Assembly: GCA_964016885.1 (NCBI GenBank)
Contig: OZ024740.1
Coordinates: 367,226,001-367,290,000 of the forward strand
Reading direction: 5' to 3'
Source: Eledone cirrhosa
Taxonomy: Eukaryota
Length of the DNA: 64,000 bases
Positions 41,144 to 52,900 of this stretch are shown one piece after another (positions within the stretch are counted from its first letter, which is position 1; each line of letters starts with the position of its first letter). The notes under the pieces were generated by a model that was not told the origin of the DNA, did not search any database, and saw nothing but the letters and a program-made list of their open reading frames with translations. The translations under genes and the position numbers were made by a program.

Positions 41144-43000
41144 CTAAGAGAGAGAGAGGGAAGGTTTACTTACCTCCCGGGTCTTGTGAAGGTCGGGTGG
41201 TTCGACCTCCATGGTTGGTGGGGTTTCTTTTGGGAATCCCTTTAAAAGTCTTGATGTGGGTTTCACATTCGGGGTTCCCACGTCTTGAGGAAAGCTCTCT
41301 CGAATTTTTTTGAAGGAATTGAGTGACATTCAGACCAGAAGCAAATCTTCTGGCACGCAAAATGTGCTCATTTCAAAAATTTCCCCCTCTGTTTGAATGT
41401 CCTCGCTTCGCGCTAAGAAGGCCATCAGTTTATCATTGGCCCTTCTGACAAGCACAAAGTTTTTAAAATTTTGTTGGTGTGGTTTTATTTGTTTTCGTTT
41501 TGGTGAAGGTGGTGGCGATGGTTTTGGTGGTGCTGTTTCGGTTTGTTGTCAGTGTGGTGTCTGCAATTTCAGGTATTTGTGTGTTTATTTGTACTTGTAT
41601 TTGTTTAGGTTATTTGCGTTTCGGGGATTGTGGAGGTGGTGTCGATGTTGCTGTTGGTGATGATGTTATTGGGGAAGTGTTTGCGTTAGTGGTGTCTGTA
41701 TTTTTTGTTGTGTGTGATTTTGTGTTTTGTTGGGGCTTTTTTTGTGAGTTTTCTCTGTTTTTTTGCACTTTGGGGTTTTCCTTCAACTTCGCTGCTGGAA
41801 GACAAAGGGTCTGTGTCTGTGAGTGTCTCTGTGTCTGTGTGTGCGTTTATTGTTTTGCCTATGTGTATAATGGGGAGGGGGGTGTAGGGGGGAGTGGGAG
41901 AGCTTTCCTCGTTTCCTCCTTGGATTTGTTTTGGTGTTGGTGGTGATCCGGCTGGTTTTGATGTTGGTGTCCGTGTTTTTGTTGATGTTGTTTTTGGTGG
42001 TGGTGGTGGTGGTGCAGCTTTCCGTGCTGACACTGGCGTTGGCAACAAACGAGGTTTTCGACCCCCTGAATTTTTGCTCTGAGAGCAGAAGGCTTGAAGA
42101 TGCGTTGCTTCCCCGCAGACGAAGCAGCGTGGCCTTCTTCCATCAATCATTACTTGGATTGTTGTCCCGTACTGTAGGCGGGCAAAATCCGGGATGTTAT
42201 TCATATCCTCCGGTTTCATTTGGAGAAGAATCTCCAAATCCATTCCGGACCAGTCCTCTCGCTCTGTCCTTTTGATGTCCAGGAGGGTAGTGTCTGTCCC
42301 CTCCTCAATTACGCATCCCAGCAGCCACCATATGTTCATTCCTGGTGGGATGCTGGGAATGCGTACCTTCACTGTCCTTTTACCCATATAGGACGTATGC
42401 ATGATAATGCGTTCCATTCTGCAGGGGGTCACTGAGTGCTTAATATCGAGGGCCTCGGTTTTGAACAGTACCGAGATGGTACGGAACTGTTTGCCTCTTG
42501 CTTTGTACTCTATGTTACTTCCGATGTACTCCAAAGCAGCCTCTACATCTGCTTGGCTCGCAAGTTCCACTTTTCGTGTCTGCACCGAAATACATCGAAA
42601 GAACACCGTCCTCCTTTGCATGGCCGCTATTGCCTCGTCCGGGATGGTCAGGTTTGCCCAGGACTTCTCCCGTTTAATTAGCCTCCACGCTTTGGACAAC
42701 TGTTCGTCTTTATCGCTAATATCAATATCAATATTCAATAAGCGCTTTGTTTTTGCTGCTGCTGCAGCAAATGTGATGTTTCTGATGCTCTTATTGTTGT
42801 TGTTGTCTTTTTTGCTGTTGTTATTGGTGTTGCCACCGCCATCCTTGTTTACATTGAAGCTGTCGGTGTTATTGTCGTTATTGCTCTGAGTTGTTGTTGT
42901 GGTGGTGGTGATGTCGTTTTCAGATGATACTGCTGCTATCAGTAGAGTGGATGACAGGCATGACTGTAGCCGTCGTAGTCGTGGTGAAATCTACAGTGGC
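41144..43000 (-). pseudogene. Tx1-b ORF1 (CCHC zinc knuckle), broken; 5' limit approximate
   Basis: The 350-aa open segment 41686-42738 has RTVFFR and CFVCGEATHLQAFC (CX2CX4HX4C), followed by a Pro/Thr-rich linker. Confidence 0.8.
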
Positions 43001-43288
43001 TGCCGTTAAACTTTTGACCTGAACGTTGTTTACCGTTTCAAGGTCGAAAATTTCCGTAATTTTCTTTTGGTGGGGAAGTGATTTTTTTCGAAGTTTTTAA
43101 AAATAAATCTGAATATTCGGGCTTAAAGCCCGAATATTGAGAGGTATCCCTCTCTTAAAATAAAGATGTGTACCTTAAGTTTCTTAACGACAAGAAAATA
43201 CAAAAAATGACACTTTAAAACAGCTTAAAGTTACGAACCTTTTCCCCCGCAGATTTGTACTGTCTTCACACATGTGCGGCCATAATAA

Positions 43289-43325
<37 letters not shown>

Positions 43326-43334
43326 TTTACCTAT

Positions 43335-43458
43335 TTGTTTGTTTGTTTATTTATGTTCGTCTACAGCGTGATAGTGCCACGCTAAAATTATCACCGGGGG
43401 TGATCAAATCACCGATGGTTATGTAACCATACATTCACCAATCCTCGATAAGTGTTTA
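43335..43458 (+). mobile_element. Isolated 5' UTR piece of R4/Dong family 1
   Basis: Matches 50003-50126 and the reverse of 36143-36240 (AGCGTG...GCCACGCT and ATTCACCAATCCTCGATAAG). Confidence 0.75.
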
Positions 43459-43459
43459 A

Positions 43460-44428
43460 CATGGAACGTGGGTCACCCTGATCTTCACGAGTCTCTGGCC
43501 ACAATAGCTTGGGACGAGTGTGAAGTCGTCACTTCTTAATGGGGCCATGGAGTGTTCTCTGGCCTCCTGTGCTGTTTCAAAGAACACGTCCACGGTTCCA
43601 TATTTCTGCCCACGTCTGATGTGGGTTTTTTTTGTCCACACATGTCACAAAGCTTTTTAGATTTGGGACTCGGATGCCCGTTCCACTCGGCGCGATTTTA
43701 TGTTAATCGTGCGATAAGACACGGTGCATAGGCGCCGATGCTCCATTTTATTAGGTGGAGGTGGGGGTGGGGGGTGAGGCTGACCCTGTACCCATCTTTC
43801 TTTACGAATCTTTTGGCTTCTTCTAATGCCTCCTGAGTTACCTGGAATGCTTCGCACTTTTTTGCTACTCTGGCAAAGGACAGGGTGGTTTTCTTAATTT
43901 CATTGTTGCTGTTATTGTTATCGTTATTTTTGTTATTGTTAATTTTAGTTTCAGTTTTGGTGGTGGTGGCGTCAGTGGTGTTCGGTGTGGAAGAGTTCAC
44001 TTTGGGTGAATTTATTTCGATATTACGAGATAATTTATTTTTTCTTTTGTTTCTGTTGTCGCTGTGGCGGCGGTGGGGGTGGCGGCTTCAACACCTGCAG
44101 TCATTGGTAATGGCGGGAAATGAATGTCTGCCTGAGACAAATTTAAAATATTGCCACTGCTTATAATTTTAGTGTTGGCAAACATAGTAATATTTACAAT
44201 GGTGGGGTCGGTGTGAGGTGTTAGTTTGTGAGGAAGGTGTGACCCTGAGTCGTCCATGATTTTTTCAAAGAAAAGTTTTTTGTTTGATAATTATAAAAGT
44301 TAAAATTTTGGGCTCAAGGCCCCAATCTTTTTGAGTGTCCTTTTCAGATAACAATGTATGTGCACTTATATACAGTTAACAATTTTCCATAAATGGCAAT
44401 TTTAAACAACTGAAAATAACAAACCTTT
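43460..44428 (-). mobile_element. Duplicate of the 5' UTR and ORF1 start of Tx1 family c
   Basis: Highly similar to 47875-48849 over ~970 bp. Confidence 0.88.
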
Positions 44429-44448
44429 AGTTTAAAGACACATACTCA

Positions 44449-47400
44449 GAGTATGTACGCGTTGGCCACCCTGCTCGTCACCTCGTCCCAGTTTTTGTCC
44501 GTCTGGAGGTCCCGACCGAACCAAACCGCTAGCAATTTAACCGGTCCGTCCATCCAGCGCCCGACGACGCTGTTGGACGGCATGGACCCGTTTCTCCAGG
44601 TGCCGAGTTGCAGGCCCACTGACTTTTCCTGGTTGATCATTGATCCTGTCACCGCTTCGTATTCTCTTAGTGTAGTGCCGATCGCCTCGATGTGTTTGCC
44701 GTTCGACACCACTACGGTGACATCGTCCGCATATGCTGACACGGATCTCCGCATCCTAGTTCGCGCAGGACCCCCCTCAACGTCTCCAGTTTGTGCAGTA
44801 ATGGCTCGAGAGTCAATACGTACAAGAGGGACGAGAGGGGACATCCTTGGCGGACCGAGCGCATGATGTTGAACGGTTCCAAAAGGTGACCGTTCACTCT
44901 CACCACAGAGCAGATGTCGCTGTGCATTGCAGCGATCCAGACTCTGAAGATGGGCCCAAATCAAGTCGCCCTCAGGACTGCCGCTAGGTAACGATGGTCG
45001 ACTCTATCGAAAGCTTTCGACTGATCTAAATTGATCAAGGACCCACCCGTGCCAGGTTCCCTAGCTACCCTCTCCACGATCTATCGCATGAGGTGGAGGT
45101 TGTCGTGGATGGATCTGTCGGGAATGGCGCCTCTCCCACCAGACCACCAACGACAAGCGCCAACCACTTTGCTAGCACCTAGGCCAAAATCTTGAACTCT
45201 GTGTTTAGCAGAGTTATGGGCGTGAAATTATCTATGTTATCCCCCTTGTTCGGATCCTTTCCTAGCAGCACCACAGTTCCTCGGCTCACAGAGCTGGGAA
45301 TTCTCCCGTTCTGTTGCCAGTTGCAGTATACGTCCGCCAAGAGGCCTCCGAACAAGTCTGGCATATGTACGTAAAGTTCATAGCGCAGACCATCCAAACC
45401 AGGCGATTTACCCCTTGTGCAGCCAGTCATTGCTTCCCGCACTTCAGCGGCTGTTATCGGCTTTTCGCAACCCTCCGCCTCAGTGGCCGAGAGCTGTGGC
45501 AGTCCGTCGAGGTAGACACTAAAGTCCATCCCTCGATCCGGCCCGCCGCTGCCCCCGAACAGCTGTGCGAAGTGTCGCTGAAAAGCTTCACACATTTGCC
45601 CGGGATCGAGTAGCATGCTCCCGTTGTGGTCCGCCACTTGGGCCCAATGAACGGCTTTCGTCCCCTCGTGTCTGAGAGCATGCACTCTAGCTCTGACAAC
45701 GCAGCCTTCGTGCTTTGCATTGAAGAATTGGACAAGGGCCAATTTCGCCGCAAGTACGTCGGTCGCGATGCCTTTGTTAAGCGCCTCGTCTAATTTTCTA
45801 AATTAATCTCCCTCTGCTCTATTTTTCTCTATTGCTAAAGCCTTACTAAACGTAATGGACTCTATTCTAATTGCTCTTTTCAGAGCAAACCATCACTTGT
45901 TGTTGACGATGGCCCCCGACAACGCCCACTTAACTAGTTCGCTAATCCGGTCTCTGTAGGCCTTGCGCGCTGGTAAGGACGCGTTTAGCTTCCATTAGCC
46001 GGGTCCTCGTCTATGAAGCCTATCTAAGTCAAGCACACAGATCACGAATTTGTGGTCCGTGTAGCTGACTATCTTGAATTGTGGACAGCCTATGCTAGAC
46101 CTATCTATTTCAGAACAAAATACTCTATCTAGATATGATCTGGATGACCCTATGCGATTTGTCCAAGTCCACATTGGCACATTCGGGAAATCCAATCGGT
46201 ACCTGTCAGACAGTTCAAAACGCCTGAGCAGGTTGTTGAGGCTTTTGCATCCTCCTCCTCTATCCGCTGATCCCACACAGTTCCAGCGTGCATCTAAAAT
46301 CCCGTTCCAGTCGCCCACTAACACTAAAGAGCGGGACGATCCAAGAAAGGTCTCCAGACGCCGGAAGAAAGCAGGCCGCCCTGCTCCTGTCGGGGTATAG
46401 ACGGCTACTAGCCTGAAAGCTTGCCCGTCTCCGCTGGTCACGTCTAGCACCACCAACTTACCTTCTGGGTCCAGGAAAATGGCCCGTATGGCGAGATCCA
46501 AACCTCTCCGAAAAAGCACAGCAACTCCTCCCCCCGATCCAGGACGGCTGGGAGATGCGTACACACGTAGCCGCCGAAGATCGGTGCGAAGGCCCGTACT
46601 TCGGAGATTCTGGGATCGCTGATGGCCACTACGTCTATGTTTAGTGACCTGTGGTAGTTGAGCAGGTGGCCCTGCTTCCATGACGACCCCAAGCCACGCG
46701 CATTTATGCTGCCTATTCTGAGTGAGGTCATGTTGAAATGGAGTGGAAAAGATTGGAAAGAACACTTACCGTACTTCTCGTTGAGGAAGGATGGTTTCTC
46801 CATCCTTTTCACTGCCTGTGGCCTCCTCCGGATTGATGTCCTTATAAATCCTCCGGGAGAGTGTTTGTCGGAAGACTCCGATGTCTTTGGTGAATTTTTG
46901 TTTTAGTGTCGTGTACGTTTTCTGTGTGATGCGAGTGATTTGTATGTGTGGAGGTGGTGTGAACTTTTGGGTTGTTGTGTAGTCTTTTTCTGTGATGCTG
47001 GTTCTGTGTTGGATGTAGTGTAATAATTCGTTGTTGTTCAAATTTAATGCTGTGTAGTATCTATCGTTTTGGTTGTTTTGTTTTGTTTGCGTTTGTTGTG
47101 GGTTTGTTTCTGTTTCGCTTTTTGGTGACTTTTGTGGCGTTGGTGATGGTGGTGTTGGGGTTAATGATGGTGATGGTGTTGGTGTTTGTGGTGATGGGGT
47201 TGGTGATGCTGGTGTGGATGGTGGCATATCTGTCGTAACTTTTTTGTTTGATAGTTTATTTGTTTCCCTCTGTATTTTGTTTTGGGAGGGGGAGGGAAGA
47301 GAATTTTTTCTTTTTTGGTTTCTTTTTTTCTTTTTTCCTGATACCGTTTCCCACTCCTCGTCGTCACAATGTCTCCAGTTGCGATAGGTCGGGGAGTGGA

Positions 47401-48888
47401 CAATCCTCCACAAGCGTTGGTCTTCGTTGTGGCGTGGTGGATGGTGTAGGCGCTGGTGCTAGTTCTGAAGCGTTGGGTGGTGGTGGTGTTTGTTTTGCTA
47501 CTGTTGCTGGGGTTGTTGCTGTTACAGTTGTTTCTGTTGTTGCTGCTACAGTTGTTGCTGCCATCTGTGCTGCTGGTGGTGTTGATAGTTCAGTTACTGG
47601 GGTGGGTAAGAGAGGTGACCTCAACCTTTTAGCCTGAGGGCAGAAAGCCCTTAGGTGGGTTCCTTCACCACAAACGACACACCTAGGCCTTCTGTCCTCG
47701 ACGATTACGGTGAGGTGGCTGCCGTCAGTGAGGTCTATTACCTGCTCAATGCTTTTTTGGTCCGCTTGGATCAGGAGATCCATCCCTGATCCGGACCAGT
47801 TCTCCTGCTTTTCTTTCGCTATTTCGATTATCTTGGTGTTGACTTCGATACCAGCGAGCACGGCAGCTATTAACCATGGAATTTCGATGGCCGGTGGAAC
47901 GTGGGTCACCCTGATCTTTACGAGTCTCTGGCCACAATAGCTTGGGACGAGTGTGAAGTCGTCACTTCTTAATGGGGCCATGGAGTGTTCTCTAGCCTCC
48001 TCTGGTGTTTCAAAGAACACGTCCACCGTTCCATATTTTTGCCCACGTCTGATGTGGGGTTTTTTTCCCCCACATGTCCCAAAGCTTTTTGGATTTGGGA
48101 CTCGGATGCCCGTTCCACTCGGCGCGATTTTATATTAATTGTTCGATAAGATACGGTGCATAAGCACCGATGCTCCATTTTATTAGGTGGAGGGTGAGGC
48201 TGACCCTGTACCTATCTTTCTTTACCATTTTTTGGCTTCTTCTAATTCCTCCTGAGTTACCTGAAATGCTTCGCACTGTTTTGCTACTCTGGCAAAACTC
48301 AGGGTGGTTTTCTTAATGTCATTGTTGCTGTTGTTGTTATCGTTATTTTTGTTATTATTAATTTTAGTTTCAGTTTTGGTGGTGGTGGCGTCAGTGGTGT
48401 TCGGTGTGGAAGAGTTCATTTTGGGTGAATTCATTTCGATATCACGAGTTTATTTATTTTTTTATTTTGTTTCTGTTGTCGCGGTGGTGGTGGTGGCGGC
48501 GGCTTTAACACCTGCAGTCATTGGTAATGGCGGGAAATGAATGTCTGCCTGTGACAAATTTAAATTAATGCTACTGCTTATATTTTTAGTGTTGGCAAAC
48601 GTAGTAATATTTACAATGGTGGTGTCGGTGTGAGGTGTTAGTTTGTGAGGAAGGAGTGACTCTGACTCATCCATGATTTTTCAAAGAAAAACTTTTGTTT
48701 GATAATTATAAAAATTAAAATTTTGGGCTCAAGGCCCCAATCTTTTTGGGTGTCCTTTTCAGATAACAATGTATGTGAACGTATATTCAGTTAACAATAA
48801 AAAGTTTCCATGAATGACAATTTTAAACAACTGAAAATAACAAACCTTTGCGGAGTTCACGATGATACGATTTACTACGTAGGTCGCC
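44449..48888 (-). mobile_element. Tx1/L1-clade LINE (family c), 5' intact and 3' deleted; ORF1 ~46766-48674, ORF2 ~44449-46732 disrupted
   Basis: ORF1 has CVVCGEGTHLRAFC. ORF2 has SINARGL, VGDWNG, SYLDRV, YTDHK, KSPGLDGL, VRQGCPLS, AYADD. The 5' end abuts (TAA)n at 48889. Confidence 0.92.
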
Positions 48889-48947
<59 letters not shown>

Positions 48948-49589
48948 GGCTCAAATATTCAAATGTTCAACTTTGTATTGTACACTGTATATCCAAAAAA
49001 AAATGGCTATAAATGGAAGAAGAAGAACCCCCCCCCCCTCCTCTCCTCTGGCTACACTATATAGGACAGCTAAACTCACCAACACCAGAAACTAGATACA
49101 CCGCCCACCCCATCATCTGTGTACACTAAACACAACAGCATTTTCACCTTCACCGCCACCGCTCCCGCTGTCCCATCACCGCCGCCACCACCCCCTGACT
49201 CCTTCACTGCTGCTGCCACCGCTACAGCACCATCACTACAGTAATACGGCTCAAATATTCAAATATTCAACTTTGTATTGTACACTGTATATCCAAAAAA
49301 AAAAAAATAAATAAATAAAATAAAATGGCTATAAATGGAAGAAGAAGAACCCCCCCCCCCTCCTCTCCTCTGGCTACACTATATAGGACAGCGAAACTCA
49401 CCAACACCAGAAACTAGATACACCACCCACCCCATCATCTGTGTACACTAAACACAACAGCATTTTCACCTTCACCGCCACCGCTCACTACGGCCATCAT
49501 TGCCACCGCTGTCCCATCACCGCCGCCACCACCCCCTGACTCCTTCACTGCTGCTGCCACCGCTACAGCACCATCACTACAGTAATACG
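48948..49589 (+). repeat. ~300-bp tandem duplication within a repeated ~1-kb unit upstream of the Dong element
   Basis: GGCTCAAATATTCAAAT begins at both 48948 and 49248. Related sequence lies at 53773-54400 (+) and 36780-37150 (-). Confidence 0.85.
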
Positions 49590-49999
49590 GTCGCATCACC
49601 GCCACCGCTGCCTCGGTATCGACATCACCGCCACCACTGTCTCAGTATCGCCAACGCCGCTAGTCTCTGCTGGCTACCACTTCCACATTATAGAATTCCT
49701 ACTACTAACAAAGAGGAAGGCATCAAAATATATAGATAGACTCAAAAGAAAAAAGAAAAAACAAACAACAAAAGCAGCACAGCAACAACAGTAAAAAACG
49801 AGAAAAACAGAGAAAAACAAAAACAAAAAAAGAAACCCCAAAAACGTAAAGAAAATAAGAATGAAGAGAGAAGCAGGCGGACGGACAGAGAAGAGGGGGG
49901 GGAAAGTAAAACTTAAAAAACAAAAACTAAGTCGGACATTCGAATACTACATTACAATGAAACTTATGCTTATTCATTTTTGGGGCCCTTTCTGCCCGT

Positions 50000-52900
50000 G
50001 TGTTTGTTTGTTTATGTGTGTCCGTATACAGCGTGGTGATAATGCCACACAAGGGCCAAGTGGGATGGCGGATCCACAGATGGCTATGTAAACATACATT
50101 CGCCAATCCTCGATAAGAGTGTTTAAATATCGAACATAAACAGTTCGAATAACGGTGAAATGGAGACTAGAACGTCATGTGACAGACTCTCACCCAACAG
50201 GTGCCCCCTGGCTCAGCAGCAGGAACCTGACTGTCAACGAAATACTGCTGATGTTGGAGGAAGAAGAAGAAGGAAAGGGGCCAGAACCAACTGGACGAAA
50301 GAATTGAATAGAACTGTTATGCAATGCTACCTGAAAAGTAACCCCAAGGAGAGGGGCTACAGGAGACGGATGCATAACATCTGGAACGAGATTGGTTTAT
50401 TTAAATTAGATGAACAAAAATTGGCCGGGCAGGCTCGGGTAATAAGAACTAATGGGTGGATAAGCGAGCTGGAACTGGAGGAACTGAGCAGAGAGAATGG
50501 CTTGGAGATGGCGGGTGTAGTATGCCAGACAAGCGAGCCGGCGGGAAATGAAGGTGAGGAGGCCCTGAGAGCGGAGGAACCACCCGAAGCAGACAATGAT
50601 CTGAATACTGAGATAAATAATACCTGGAACAGAGATACGGCCACTGAGGAGATGAATGCTGACGGGCTAGGACAAGATTCGGTTGACATCCTAAATTTAG
50701 TGGTAGATGAGTTGAACAATGATAGTGGGAGACCTATGAACCTAAGATTTGTAGACAGGAAAAAGTTAAAAGAAACAACAGCTAAGGTAAACAAAGTCAT
50801 CCCATACCTTGAGGCGAGGAGTCTTCACCAGTGCAACAATATCCTCAAAGCAACAGCAAATACGGTGAGGAAACTACTTGGTATAAAAGCGAGAGGAAAC
50901 AACAGACAAGAAAGAGCAGAGCCGTGGTGGAAGAAGCGACTGAGTGGGCAAATCGGGGAAATGAGAAATGACATAGGAAAGCTTGAGTCACTACTGAATG
51001 GGACACTAAAAAACATAGGCACTAAAAATAGACTGGAAATAAAATACAAAACTAGGAGTAAAAAGCTAAATATTATCATAGAGGAATTGAAGCAACGCAT
51101 TGTAGCAAAGAGTGCCAAAATCAGGCGATACGAGAACAGAGTCAGTCAGTATAAACAGAACCGCATGTTCGACAACAACCAGAAGATGCTGTTTGGACAG
51201 CTTGAGGGGAAAGAAAGAGGCACCGACTTGATCCCTGGGGCGGAACAAGCTAAAACATTCTGGAGAGGAATATGGGAGCAGGATGTTAGACACAATGCCC
51301 AGGCAGGGTGGATTGAGACAGTACAGAGGGAGGTCGGTGAGCAGGCACAGCAACAGACTGATTTGAGTATCACAGTTGAAACTCTTAAGGGGCAAGCCAA
51401 AAAACTAACCAACTGGAAATCACCAGGCCCAGATGGTGTGCAGGGGTATTGGATTAAACATTTAACATCCCTCCACCCGAAGCTGACGGCCATGTTCAAT
51501 GACTGCTTGGTGTCGGGTGAGGTGCCAGAGTGGTTGACAAAAGGTACCACAGTTCTGATAATGAAAGACCAAATCAAGGGTAATGATGTTACCAACTATA
51601 GACCTATCACATGTCTGCCCGTAATGTGGAAACTGTTGACGAGCATTGTGTCTGAGGAAATCTACCATCACCTCCACACAAACAACTTGTTGCCGGACGA
51701 ACAGAAAGGATGCCGAAAGAAGTCACGTGGTACAAAGGACCAGTTGCTTATTGATAAGATGGTAATGGGGAATTGCAGGAGGAGACACACTGATCTTGCC
51801 ATGGGATGGATAGACTACAGAAAGGCATTTGACATGGTGCCTCATTCCTGGATCACCAAAAGCCTGGAGATCTTCAGGGTGGCAGATAACATCAGACAGT
51901 TGCTGGGCAGGAGTATGGGGTCCTGGGAGACAGAGTTGACATCAACTGGAGTATCCTTGGGAAGCGTGAAGATCAAGAGAGGTATCTTCCAGGGAGATAG
52001 CCTGTCCCCTCTGTTGTTTGTCCTTGCCCTGATGCCCTTGACCATTATGCTGCGAAAAGTGAGAGCAGGATACAAGTTGGGAAGGGGAGAGCTTACCATC
52101 AATCACCTCCTCTTCATGGACGATCTTAAGCTCTTCGGGAAAAGTGAGAAGGAGTTGGATGTGCTTGTTGACACTGTCCGTATTTTCAGCAGTGATATAT
52201 GTATGCAGTTTGGTATTGGTAAATGTGGAGTCATTGTGATGAGGAGGGGTAGGTTGAGCAGAAGTAACGGGATCCAGATACCAACAGGTGAGATGATAAA
52301 GGAAATTGACTCTGAGGAAGGATACAAGTATTTGGGCGTTCTGGAGGCTGATGGCATAAAGAACAAAAAAATGAAGGAATTGTTAAGAACTGAATACATT
52401 CGGAGAGTAAGGAGCGTATTGAAGTCACATCTGAACAGCAGAAATGCCATAAGCGCAGTAAATTCCCGAGCTGTGTCTATTATTAGGTACAGTGCGGGAA
52501 TTCTGAGATGGAATGTTGCTGAACAAAAAGAAATGGATAGGAAGACTAGGAAGCTATTGACTATCTACAACATGTTCCACAAGAGGAGTGATGTCGATAG
52601 ACTCTACCTAAGGAGATCTGAGGGTGGAAGAGGTCTTATCAGCATAGAGGACTGTGTTCAGATGGAGAAAAACAACCTATACAAATACGTGACCTATAGT
52701 AAGGAGCCAATGCTCAGAGCTGTACTGAAGGAGGGGACAGTAGGCCAGGGGATACCCAAGGAGGAAATAACATCAAGGAGGAAGAGCAGCCTTAAGGGAA
52801 AATCCCTTCATAGTACCTTCTTTGAGAAAACTGAATTTAGAGATCCACAGACATGGAACTGGTTGAGAAGAGGAGACCTCAAAAAGGCTACAGAAGGAAT

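Larger units (their letters stand above)
37446..43281 (-). mobile_element. Full-length disrupted Tx1/L1-clade LINE (family b) inside (TAA)n
   Basis: ORF1 and ORF2 remnants with (TAA)n on both flanks. Its 3' end CCCTGGTGGCTAATAAA resembles family a. Confidence 0.92.
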
